40,518 bases of DNA from Phoronis australis. Taxonomy: Eukaryota; Animalia; Phoronida. Positions 11,055 through 22,970 of this stretch are shown here, one piece after another (within the stretch, counting starts at the first letter, position 1; the number at the start of each line of letters is the position of its first letter). Location of the stretch: the NCBI GenBank assembly GCA_002633005.1, contig NMRA01000412.1, positions 34,774-75,291 on the forward strand, in the 5' to 3' direction. The notes under the pieces were generated by a model. That model was not told the DNA's origin. It made no database searches and saw nothing but the letters and a program-made list of their open reading frames with translations. The position numbers and the translations under genes were made by a program.

Positions 11055-12790
11055 GCTGAGTTGTGTTCATTGCTCTCTTACAATCAAGGTAACGATACTA
11101 CTCTAAGCCATGCTTACATGGCCGATTCCAACAGCATTCATTCGAAGGAAGGCTCTAGTTTCAAATATTCATATGGAGAATAAGTGAAACAAAGTTGGGT
11201 TACATTGGTGGATATTATAAAAGCACGGAAATTACACAAGCATGTGCGATTGATTGAAAATCTTAACTGTTTTAATATTTTATCAAAGCGCTCGTTTATT
11301 GGCTTGAAATAGGCGAACTAAATTTCGTCGAACTCTCATGTGCCACATACCGGTTCCAGGTAATGCAATTGCCCACTTACAGAAACGAATCAGAATTTAT
11401 TTATTGGTTTGATGTTGCAATTGCATGCAAACTTATAACATATTTTACAATGTATGCATTTAGACTTTAAAAATTGAACATTTGCACGAACAGAACTTGC
11501 AAAGTATGCTTCTCCTTAGTTGAATCAATCGTTAAACGTATACCAGCTGGAGCCCCACCTATCGAGTGGCTTATATTAGGGTACCCTAACGAATTATCGG
11601 CCGCTGAAGTGATTGATCGGTGAGGTTATAGGGCCACTTTATAGTTCTTTTTAGCTACGCTTGAATTTTCCAATCCCAATTTCATTAAAAATTGGCGCCT
11701 GCTAGGTTGGCTAGACATTTTAAGATTTGAGCTTCGAAGGCTATGAATGGCACTTGCGTGTTTTTGAGTCTTTTCTGAGTGAAAGATTGTCCGTTGTTGA
11801 CCCTTGGGCCCACTTGTTGCTCAATCTTTGCTTTTCTCAAACCTTTTAAGCTTGCAAGCGGTAAGTTGAAATTCAACAGAAAATTCAGTGCAAACAAGTC
11901 TGGCTAGTCGACAACCACTATTCGCATGAACTCTTAACCACTGTCTCGCATAGTAATCGCATGTATGTAAATGGTGGCTTCAGGGTGAAAACTGCTGATT
12001 TGGCGTATTTTTGCTCATTTTGTAAACGACCGCTCTCGCATAAGTCGTAAAAAATAAAACTGGCCTTGGAATCAGTTTCAATAAACTTTTTGAAAGGTTT
12101 TTGAAGTCTTTGGCTCAGTATACTGTTCATGTGGAACAAACTGTTAGCGCTACCAAGTCATAGACTTCAAGCCCAAGAAGACCGCAACAAACTGTTAAGT
12201 GCCACCTAGAATTTCGAATTATGGAAAATTCAATGTCTAATTAAACAATGACCTTTAAAAGAATTCTAAACTTCTGCTTCACTTAAACATAAAACTGGCT
12301 ATTGCACGGTGTGTAGTTTCGACATGTCAATCAAGCAACATGTAATGATTCTAGCCAATTAGGTCGAGGGATCATGCAACCATAATGATAGTCCGCCATC
12401 ATTGTCCCACTGTCAGACGATTGTCTGTGTGGGTTTGTTTAAAAGGTAGCTATGCTTTGAAGTTGTGCGTAGATGGAGAGTGAATANTCTCACTCTCGCT
12501 ACAGTGCAACCACGAAGCAAACCAGCGTTTTATTCGGTTGCTGGGAAGACAGTTCACCTCGAGCCACCGTTAATACCCGATATCTGTATGACACACAGGA
12601 GGAAAGGGTCAAAATTGATGCCTGCTTTTCTCACACATGGGGTCCTTCGCCGTCATGTTTATGACAAAATCAAATCGGTGTGTTTAAAAAAACAAACTTT
12701 TACATCACTTCATGTCGTACGTGATGTCATATTTTAAAGGTGCCGTTCCCACAAGTACTGTAATCAAGCTCTTAAATGGTTTAATTTTAC

Positions 12791-12962
12791 CTGGTGAGTA
12801 ATCTTCGTAATCGTCGTCTTCGTAGGCTAGGTGGCTTTCAGGAACGCCATGATAATCAGCCCAGTCAGACAGCGTCATGTTCCTCTTCAACTCCGGCACG
12901 GTCTCTAGACAGAACGCCACTACGGACAATAGAACCACCAAAGTGGATATCCCGGCTAACAT
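12791..12962 (-). CDS. Kv channel middle exon, copy B (S1 and S1-S2 loop)
   Basis: 172 nt, acceptor tctttcag|ATG, donor CCAG|gtaaaa; contains the 'FCLET' S1 end motif; phase 0/1 joins exon 1 and exon 3 in frame (510+172+893 = 1575 nt = 524 aa + stop). Confidence 0.85.
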
Positions 12963-13074
12963 CTGAAAGATGAGGATATGCTTTTCTGTAAATTTCCAGT
13001 TAAGTCAATCAAGGTGGCGCGTCCACAACAATATGGTTATTAGTACGTTGGACGTGTGTATATTTCACGGGTAC

Positions 13075-15493
13075 TAGTCCAGTCATTCTAGGGCTCCAGA
13101 GGGCCCAACCTAGAAAAAATTGCCACAGAAGGGTTTTTTGCATAAATGGCATCTTCAAACATCCCTTAGTGTCAGAAAAAAATCTACCGAAATCGGAGTG
13201 GCGGAAGTCGGTTTTTCAAGATGGCGGAAAAAATGGCCGACAAAACAGTGTTTACTGTTTTCTGGCATATTACTCTTATGTAACAGCTAAAAATAAAACA
13301 ATAAAGTTTGTCATTGATTTTATACTTTTCATAACAGGCATACCAATCAAAAGATGCCAATTTTCCGTAAAATAAAATCAATATGGCCGACAAAATGGCG
13401 GCCGAAACGGCAATTTGGTACATGTTGCAAGATTTCTTTTTATATTTTGCCCTGAAAATGGCAAAAGTTTTATTCTTTTGTAAGTTAGTCAATTGAAAAT
13501 GTCTGGACCTTACAATTGGTCACTGGTTTGCGAGAAAAAAATCAAGATGCCTGACAAAATGGCCGCCAAAATGGCTGCCAATTCACAAACCCCAATTTAC
13601 CGCATTTACGTTCTGCAAACTGTGTTTGTAATCTGATACGTATTTACACAAAAACATTTTACAATCTACAGTCAGGGTTAATGAGTTGATTGTTTCTATA
13701 ATTTGTTTTTAAGATTTATATACTAAATGCGGAATTTTAATCACATTTTAGATTATATTACATAAAAGTCGGTGTGTTTTTCAGAAAAGGCTTTAGTTAA
13801 ATTTTCATAATAAATTTTACAAACTCATATGTTTTTCTGTAAAATATATTCATTTGAGGTATCAAAAATAATATTTTTTTGGAAAAATGTGTTCTTCTGG
13901 TGGAGATATTGGCTTATTCATTATGCAAACCCTTAATAAAATTGGGCAGGAAGTGGCTTTTTTCTCTGTTATTGGAGATGTTATTAGTTGTTCCCAAGCA
14001 TCGATTTCGTCTGCTGCTGGCATGTATTGAGAATTTGGCTGCTGATTTCACCTGAATTTGATGAAAAGCAAATAGGATTGTGTAACAAAAAGTTATTAAT
14101 TAAATTTTAATAGTTTGGACCCACAATTTGTTTAATATGCATGCTTTTATGAACATATTAGGTAACTGATTTTAGAGCAAATTAGTGCCTGCAAACAAAA
14201 CGACAGTGATCTGCAGTCACTTGTTCTTAGTCAGGCTTGGAAGATTTCATACTGAGATGAGCATTCTGGAATGTATTGGATACGTAATGTCAAGCACAGG
14301 GCTTCAAGGAGTTCTTGAGACGGTGTATGCATCAAACAGTGTGATCCTTATGTTAAATGGAAAAAGTCTGGATAGAGCAGTGAGGGGGCATATGTTGGTA
14401 GACTCAGCACTGAATGCTATCATAAAAGCCAGAACATTCAATATCCCACTTCCAAATATTGACAGATCAAGTAACACCAATCCAAAACCAATGAAGAATG
14501 AAATTCAGGTTCTTCAGAAATTCTAGGAGTCCGGAATGTCACCAACACAGAACACACAGATTACATGCCAAGAGCAGTTCAATGCTTGTATACAAATTTT
14601 GGCTAGTCAGAATATGGAGACAGATTCTTCAGACATCTCAGACATCCCAACTGATCACATAACTAGATGTATACCATGGGGCATGCCATGCCCAGCCAGT
14701 GTCTTCCGATTCTGAACCTTGGATTACAGTGGAATGCCCTCACGAGAGTTCACTTCTGGTTTCCGATTTACTGCCATTGGTATATTCAAACACGACTGAA
14801 TCAGAGTTTAGGTGTTCAGAATTCACAGTGACAGAGAATAGTTCGTCAGAAGAATCAATGTCCAATGATATTCTTCATGATTTGAGAGCTGGTCTGAAGC
14901 AGTATGATGATCTTATTGCTGGCATGACGTCTGTGTGCGACGATGTATGCTCGACGGAGTGTCTTGTGGGTGTCCATAAAAAATCAAAGCACATAAATCA
15001 GACTTGTCCATGCAAAGTCTAATCATTAGTCTTTTACTACAGTATATGAACATGATTGACATCCTTCGACTTTTTTAAAAGCAGAAATAACGTCAGATTG
15101 GGAGCTTCACCTAAAAGCAGTTTCTGAAATGCTGCCTTACTTTGCAGCTGCTGGTCACAACTCTTATGCAAAATCTTCATACATATAGTTGACTGAAGCA
15201 GACGTAGCAACTCAAAGACACCCGTCCAGACGTCTACGGCCAACAAACCATAAGACAAAGTGACAGATTCTGGGCAGGCTTGTCATATTGAGATATGATC
15301 TTGTAATTGAACAAATGCTCATGAAAAGTATTAAAGCAACAGGAGGTTTAACTAGAGGTTGCGAAATGGGAGATACACAGAGTGCACCGTGGCTGCTTTC
15401 CTTGCCGGCATGCTCAAGTATAAATGGTGCCATGCAGACTGTGACAAACTTGAGTTGTGAAACAAGTCAGCAGCATAAAGAATGTACCCAGGC
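13075..15493 (+). mobile_element. Putative DNA transposon relic: ~1.1 kb non-coding end plus pseudogenised fragments of a large uncharacterised TE-associated protein ('RLGxFH' type)
   Basis: Starts exactly where the exon duplication ends. 13190-13580 has repeated (c)aa(g/a)atggc(g/c)g motifs. Broken coding blocks in one orientation: VRLGRFHTEMSILECIGYVMSSTGL...LNGKSLDRAVRGHMLV (14185-14526), QYMNMIDILR...DWELHLKAVSEMLPYFAAAGHNSYAKS (~15040-15185), DRFWAGLS..DLVIEQMLMKSIKATGGLTRG...WLLSLPAC...SQQHKE (~15260-15490). I recognise these as a repetitive invertebrate protein family but cannot assign a superfamily. Confidence 0.7.
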
Positions 15494-16954
15494 NNNNNNN
15501 NNNNNNNNNNNNNNNNNNNNNNNNNNNNNNNNNNNNNNNNNNNNNNNNNNNNNNNNNNNNNNNNNNNNNNNNNNNNNNNNNNNNNNNNNNNNNNNNNNNN
15601 NNNNNNNNNNNNNNNNNNNNNNNNNNNNNNNNNNNNNNNNNNNNNNNNNNNNNNNNNNNNNNNNNNNNNNNNNNNNNNNNNNNNNNNNNNNNNNNNNNNN
15701 NNNNNNNNNNNNNNNNNNNNNNNNNNNNNNNNNNNNNNNNNNNNNNNNNNNNNNNNNNNNNNNNNNNNNNNNNNNNNNNNNNNNNNNNNNNNNNNNNNNN
15801 NNNNNNNNNNNNNNNNNNNNNNNNNNNNNNNNNNNNNNNNNNNNNNNNNNNNNNNNNNNNNNNNNNNNNNNNNNNNNNNNNNNNNNNNNNNNNNNNNNNN
15901 NNNNNNNNNNNNNNNNNNNNNNNNNNNNNNNNNNNNNNNNNNNNNNNNNNNNNNNNNNNNNNNNNNNNNNNNNNNNNNNNNNNNNNNNNNNNNNNNNNNN
16001 NNNNNNNNNNNNNNNNNNNNNNNNNNNNNNNNNNNNNNNNNNNNNNNNNNNNNNNNNNNNNNNNNNNNNNNNNNNNNNNNNNNNNNNNNNNNNNNNNNNN
16101 NNNNNNNNNNNNNNNNNNNNNNNNNNNNNNNNNNNNNNNNNNNNNNNNNNNNNNNNNNNNNNNNNNNNNNNNNNNNNNNNNNNNNNNNNNNNNNNNNNNN
16201 NNNNNNNNNNNNNNNNNNNNNNNNNNNNNNNNNNNNNNNNNNNNNNNNNCTCTTCTTGCTGGTCACAGTCTCTGGCTGATGACGCAACACTTCAGGTAGT
16301 ATCTTACTACCCACAATGCAAGTGACAAGCTCTTAGTTAACTTCCGGTTCGTTAACCCTTGCCCTTGCCAAGATCCTTTCTAGAATCTTCCACGAGATGG
16401 CTCTGTCGTACAACTGCTTCTGTACACTGTAGCAAGTCTTTATGCTTCAACTACTTTAGCGCATCTGATTATCTTGCTGATTTCAGCCCATAATATAACA
16501 TTTTACTTATTTAGTGATTGGCTAATAAAAACCACATGATCATATCCACTCGTACTATTGGCTGTTACAATTTGTTCTCAGTATATTCTAGGATCTCTAG
16601 AGTACTTTGACACCAGAACCCAAAGTTGTAAACACCATCTAAAAATAGATTTTGACGTTAAAATACATGTCAACAAGTCTGACCCCATGATTTAAAAGTA
16701 CATATGCACAAATTTTGGGCAACTTAAAATGGATCTATTCTTACTAATTACTTAATCAATATTTATTCTGACACCCACAAACAAATGCGTTTTAAAGGTG
16801 GTTCAATGTTAATCTTGAGGCACATACAATACAGATAAATGCCGGATATACTGAGAGCGAAAGCGGCAGTAGTAGACTTCACAATAAGATAAAATTCGCC
16901 TGAATAAAGCCCAGGCTATTACCCAGTATCTGTGGATGAACAAGCACAAAGTGA

Positions 16955-19482
16955 AACTAGAAAGATTATTGTCACGGCGTGACAATAACGGACTCTGCGC
17001 GTGCGTATTACTGGAATTATTATGGGAAGTTACTGACAGCAACCCGTTAACCAATATGAAAAGGAATTCTTTAAAATTGCAGGAGAAATTACATATTAAT
17101 TTTTGATGACCTTTCCACTAATTGACCTCTTCAGGTGCATTATGAGCCCCTATGAGGGAGTAATTGTTAACTCGATTAAAAGTGTGGTTAATGCTAATTA
17201 TCACAGATGTTTTACTTCAAGCACTTCAGAATACAAGATGAATGAATTGGTCAAACTTTCAGAAGAAAAATGCACCTAATGACCCCATGGGTGCACCAAA
17301 TGACCTGAAAATTTAGAATTCAAACTCAATCGCACTTAGTAAACAGATACGTAATTTAAAGTCTCTAGCTCAAAATGTTAGTTTGCACTCAATGATCTTT
17401 GACCTATTTTTTTCTGATTGGTTAAGCCTATTGTGAAGTAAAGTAGGGTATTCAATTGGCATGTTGACTTACACCAGTGTGCTGAAATTGAAAAGAATTC
17501 CTTGAAAAACTTAAGACATATAATATTTTGAACGTTACACGACCTTTGCACTAATTGACCTTATCCGGTGCATTTTAAGCATCTTTAGGAGAATTATTGC
17601 AAAGCCCATGGAAAATGTGTTTAACGCTGTGAATCACAGTTGTCTAACGGTTGACACATCAGAATACTTGCTGATGGAAAAGGTCAAATTTTCAGAAGAA
17701 AAATGCACCTAATGACCCCTTGTTTACACAAAATGACCTGAAACTTTGGATTCCGATTTGATTTACCTGTGGCAATCACACCTGTCAATTTGAAGTGTCT
17801 AGCTCAAAATTTTAGTTTGCATCTAATGACCTTTGACCTATTTCACCTGATTGGATGACCCGATTACTTAGAAAAGTAATTTTTTAAATTGTCATGTGGA
17901 CTTATACCTGTGCACCGAATTTGAAAATGATAGATTTAAAACTGAAGGAGGAGTAGCATTTTGAAAATTATATGACCTTTGCACCAAACGACCTCTTCCG
18001 GTGCAATATGGAATATGATTATATAACCAATTAAAATTTATATACAGTCAAAAGTCATATGCTGAATTTAAAGACCGTACCTGCACCCAATTTGGAGTTA
18101 TTAAGCCTCAAAGTCGGTCGGAAGAAGAATAAGAATAAGAAGAATAAGAAGAATAAGAACTAGAAAGATTATTGTCACGGCGTGACAATAACAGACTCTG
18201 CGCGTGCGTAGGGAAGTTACTGACAGCAACCCGTTTACCAATATGAAAAGGAATTCTTTAAAATTGTAGGAGAAATTACATATAAATTTTTTGATGATCT
18301 TTCCACTAATTGACCTCTTCCGGTGCATTATGAGCCCCGATGAGGGAGTAATTGTTAGCTCGATTAAAAGTGTGATTAATGCTAATAATCACAGATGTTT
18401 TACTTTAAGCACTTCAGAATACAAGATGAATCAAGTGGTCAAACTTTCAGAAGAAAAATGCACCTAATGACCCCATGGGTGCACCAAATGACCTGAAAAT
18501 TTAGAATTCAAACTCAATCGCACTTAGTAAACAGATAGGAAATTCTGAAGTCTCTAGCTCAAAATTTTAGTTTGCACTCAATGACCTTTGACCTATTTTT
18601 TCTGATTGGTTAGGCCTATTGCAAACTAAAGTATGGTATTCAATTGGCATGTTGACTTACACCAGTGTGCTGAAATTGAAAAGAATTCCTTGAAAAACGT
18701 AAGAGATATAACATGTTGAACGTTACATGACCTTTGCACTAATTGACCTTATCCGGTGCATTTTAAGCATTTTTAGGAGAATTATTGCCAAGCCCATGGA
18801 AAATGTGTTTAACGCTGAGAATCACAGTTGTCTAACGGTTGGCACATCAGAATACTTGCTGATTGATAAGGTCAAATTTTCAGAAGAAAAATGCACCTAT
18901 TGACCCCATGTTTGCACTAAATGACCTGAAACTTTGGATTCCGATTTGATTTACCTGTGGCAATCAGACCTGTCAATTTGAAGTGTCTAGCTCAAGCTCA
19001 AAATTTTAGTTTGCACCTAATGACCTTTGACCTATTTCACATGATTGGATGACCCGATTACTTAGAAAAGTAATTTTTTAACTTGCCATGTTGCCTTATA
19101 CCAGTGCACCGAATTTGAGAAAGGTAGTTTTAAAACTGAAGGAGGAGTAGCATTTTGAAAATTATATGACCTTTGCACCAAACGACCTCTTCCGGTGCAA
19201 TATGGAATATGATTATATAACCAATCAAAATTTATATACTGTCTAAAGTCATATGCTGAATTTAAAAACCGTACCTGCACCCAATTTGGAGTTATTAAGC
19301 CTCAAAGTTGGTCGGAAGAAGAATAAGAAGGATAATAAGAAGAATAAGAATAAGAATAAGAATCAAATTGAAGAAAACCCAGGAACAACAGTACTCTGCG
19401 CTTACACGCGCAGAGTAATAAGAATAAAATTGAAGAAAACCCAGGAACAACAGTACTCTGCGCTTACACGCGCAGAGTAATA
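16955..19482 (+). mobile_element. Head-to-tail dimer of a ~1.2-kb non-autonomous Helentron/HINE (DINE-1/pearl-like) element
   Basis: Unit 1 16955-18157 and unit 2 18158-~19363 are closely similar. Each begins AACTAG with an 11-bp palindrome (TTATTGTCACG-G-CGTGACAATAA), has ~430-bp internal subrepeats and ends in (AAGAAT)n. The array ends with two 62-bp copies carrying the hairpin TACTCTGCGC-TTACAC-GCGCAGAGTA. The repeat structure is seen directly; the family call is inferred from architecture. Confidence 0.75.
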
Positions 19483-20571
19483 ATGTCACCCTCACAACGG
19501 TTCACATATATTTTTTATTTCAATTTCTTCATTTACATTTAATGTTAATTTACCATTACACGAGGATCTACATGTATGAGTGGATGACAGAAACGTCAAC
19601 CAAGATCAACAGCGAGAAGAGTCAAAATACGTCAAATGGTTTTTCTGTTATCATCTGTGGTATGAATTAGCTTACCAGAACAGATAGTCTAGTCTCTGAG
19701 CATAGAGTACAATGCAAACTTAAAGGAGACATGCTAAGACGTTTTCAATCTTGCTCCAATGTTTTGAGGGCTGACAAGATTAACTGAGCACAATTTTGTT
19801 TCCAATATTTCAGTATTACAATATTATCTCAATGTCTGTTGTTAAGCTAAAACACAGTTTGGTATCCCTTTAAGATCAATTTGGATATCGTTTTATGTTT
19901 TAAAATTGACGTACGCTCGGTAAATACATCGCACGAGTAAATTTGGCAGTCAACTGAAATAGTGAGCTAACCTCTATTGTCAAGGTCACAGAGATTTGCA
20001 AATCTATCTAGAACGATTGATGGAAGTTTTATAGCTAAAATTGCAAAATCAAAAATGGCAGTTGAACGCAATGTCTGTGATTTGAGGTGGAAACGAAAAC
20101 AGAATGTTATCACGGTAAAGAGTATTGTGAAAATCGATTTCATGAAAATATAAGCCTAATTAAGATTATTTTATTTTAGTCAACTGAATAAGAGGAAATT
20201 CTATACATTCTGAATTGTAAATAGCTATGGTAACAACTATTCGTGAAAATTGGTTGAGTGCGCGCTTCTTGTTACTAGGTATACGTGTTGTTATTGATCT
20301 ATTTGAAACTTTAAATTCTGTATGCAGTTGGAGCGTTAGATATCCATTAAGTATTAATTGCCCCAAGGGGTCATCAATTCACGTCATCAGATTGCTTCCT
20401 GGTTTACTTTTTCAATTGTCTTCCTATCAAAGTCTATGAATCGGATCAATTAGAAACTTACTCTAGTACTGACCGACTCCTAATGGGGAATATTGACTGC
20501 CTCATCCTCGCGAAAATTGGTACGCTTTCTGCTGGTGTTCCTTTCAATCGATTCCTGGTCCAACAGACATC

Positions 20572-20654
20572 CATACACACACGCGCCCATACGCATATAC
20601 GCATGCACATTCACACACACGCGCGCGCGCGCGCACGCACACACACATACATGT
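20572..20654. repeat. Alternating purine-pyrimidine (CA)n/(CG)n tract
   Basis: catacacacacgcgccc...cacacacacgcgcgcgcgcgcgcacgcacacacacatacatgt. Confidence 0.9.
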
Positions 20655-20779
20655 TTCATTGAAAAGTAAGCTGTTCTTGGCCTTAGATAGCTTGTTCAAC
20701 AAACTTTCGCATTGTCTTTCTTCTGATGGCACATGAAATATTGAATCGCCGAGTGTAAGTGGCATCACGAACACAAATA

Positions 20780-22235
20780 TATCTCATCAACCAATTGTAT
20801 AACTTAAGTGTTGTTGACAATTTGTTCATTTTCGGGGACTTTAACGCAACAACAATAAACAAATTAGATTTCACTTAGGATATTGACGAAGTGGGCCCAA
20901 GACAGATCATAGATTTTCAGATCAATCAATTTGGTGATGTTTTAATTGACTTTGTGAAAGACTCGACATTGGCTATTGTTAATAGCAGAATTACTCCAGA
21001 ATTTGACAACTCCACCTCTGTCTCGGCTAGAGGAAATACTGTTGTAGATTACATTTTAACTGGCCAAATTAATTTGAAGAATTGCGTATCGGTCTCTGTT
21101 ACGAAGACTTCTGATATTATTGATATGTTAGATATCCACGCATTTATTGGGCCAAGATGAAAAGCACCAGATCATTCTGTTCTTGTTTTAAAGTTTAAAA
21201 TCTCCTCACCTGATGTTCATCTGGTATCGAGAGACCTTAAGATTCAGATACTCTTTCGAAAAAACGTAAATATGACACCAATATCCCTGTAGAATTTAGT
21301 AATAATGTGACATTTAATGAAGAAATTTTATGTTTATTTGATTCATTATTGTTATATTATGAGCATCAGGACCAACTTGATATAGTGTATCAGTCATTTG
21401 TTGACCTATTAATTAAGGAAATGTATTCTTTGCTGGACTACAAGGATTATTATCCGAGTCGTAAACTAAGAAAGTATTTTAAAAGGAATCTGCCTTACTG
21501 GAATTCGGAACGTAATTATTTGTGGAAAAATTTAAAAGACATTGAGAAAAGAGGACGCGGGAATTGGTCACATTATAAATAACTATTTGTGTCTGCTCAA
21601 TATAAATTTGACAAGAAGCTAAAATACGCGAAACGCTCATACCAGTTAAAGGTTCAGATTGAAATTAAGAGTCTGAATACTGAATGTCCTAAGTATTTCT
21701 AGGCATACATGAATATTCAAAACTGGAATCAAAACAGTTAAGCGAAGTTCCCCTGGAAGTCTTGATTTTAAATAATGAAATAAACTCTGATAGAAATTTT
21801 GTTCTAAATAAATGGAAAAATGATTACGAACAATTGTTTAAATGCACTTCTGAAAATACACCAATTGATGAAGAATTTTATTTGAAAACCTTCAATTTGC
21901 GCAAGCAGCTAGAAAATGATTGTTCTAATACAACTAATCATGGCTTAAATTGTGAAATCTGTTTTGATGAGGTTAGAAATGTTGTTATGAAAACAACAAA
22001 AAACAAAACCGTCGGCTATGACTGTATACCTTTAGAGGTGTTAAGATTCGAAAGTATTTGTTTTTCTAACCCAGTAGTTCAATGGATCTTTTAAATATGG
22101 ACTAATGCATTCTGACTGGTATAAGGCATAATCCCGATACCTAATAATTCTACAGACGACCCTAGATTACATGTACCTTTGAACTATCGTGGGATTAGTC
22201 TTCTTTCCAATATTTATAAAATCTTAAGTGCTGAA
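20780..22235 (+). mobile_element. Decayed non-LTR retrotransposon (LINE) ORF2 fragment: AP endonuclease and start of RT, antisense in Kv intron 1
   Basis: FIFGDFNA (~20825-20850), NQFGDVLIDF...LAIVNSR...TSVSARGNTVVDYIL, PDHSVL (~21167), PYWNSE, KNKTVGYDCIPLEVL, IPIP...DPR...PLNYRGISLLSNIYKIL (~22130-22225); multiple stops and frameshifts. Clade not assignable by eye. Confidence 0.88.
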
Positions 22236-22460
22236 TAATAAAATTTTGGGTTTCTGAGAACAAACAATATTTGGTTTTCAATTTATGCCAGAGAAAGAAA
22301 GGTATGTCTTACAGGAAACTTTTAGCGTGTTTCAACTATTGGCCCACTGTGAAGCAAAAAACAACAGCAGAATTTTGAATTTTGAGGATGAAAAACAGAT
22401 ACGAATATGCCTGGCTCTTACATTTTGTCGTGCTACGTACAAGTAAACGATTCCACGTAC

Positions 22461-22970
22461 CGTAGCTCCGCGCGACGACGACGGGTCTTCTAAAAAAATC
22501 CAACCTCTCCTTTGAATTTTCTTCCACTTTGAAGATTTCTCAGATATTTTCGTGGTTTCAGCTGGTGATTGTAGTGCTTTGTCCATTTTAGTCAGTGCGT
22601 TTTTTCTCTCCTTATAAGCATGATAGGTGTCCCAGCAACACTGCTCCATTCTGCTTTCATTAATTTCCCAGAAATCCAACTCTCTTTGAAAGATCTGCCC
22701 GCAAAATCCCATTGGCGCGTGAAGCTCGCCCAGACGATAATAATTCAGCACTGCCTTGAATACATCCGGGTCGCGGTCGAGGAAGTATTCTCCGACGTCT
22801 GGCCGATAATAATCTTTAATCGCGTCGTATTGCGCCAACTTTGTGCCGGGGTGTCTTTGAAGTGTGGACAATGTCGTTTCAAACTTTGTCCCTCCAACGT
22901 TGAAAACCAGGATAGCGTCTTCCACCAAATGGCCCGCAGGCAGTTGTAGGTCTTCTCTGTTCGTGCACAT
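22461..22970 (-). CDS. Shaw/Kv3-like voltage-gated K+ channel, first coding exon (T1/BTB tetramerisation domain to pre-S1)
   Basis: FNVGGTKFETTLSTL..HPGTKL...EYFLDRDPDVFKAVLNYYRLGELHAPMGFCGQIFQRELDFWEI...EQCCW with the HX5C...CC Zn site of non-Shaker T1 domains and the Shaw-type 'CG..F..EL.FW'. WIFLEDPSSS precedes the donor ACG|gtacgt at 22461/22460 (phase 0). Start codon not confirmed. Confidence 0.93.

Noticed and set aside
15288-16325. Long ORFs in the track (345, 320, 280, 265 aa) and similar ones at 9928-10720 and 37133-37643
   Set aside because: Artefacts of translating through N gaps.
19363-19482. Two hairpin-containing 62-bp direct repeats, superficially CRISPR-like or terminator-like
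   Set aside because: Only two copies, no unique spacers, no cas genes, eukaryotic context. Explained as the terminal module of the tandem element.
19720-19873. TTAA-AGG...CCT-TTAA bracket suggesting a Kolobok-type MITE (similar start at ~40256)
   Set aside because: Inverted match beyond 3 bp is poor, and the 40256 instance has no visible partner in the window.
22332-22460. C-terminal extension of ORF 22332-22970 (VRGIVYLY...) and the read-through tails of ORFs 12705-12962 and 10112-10720
   Set aside because: Intron read-through past good GT donors; channel similarity stops at the splice sites.
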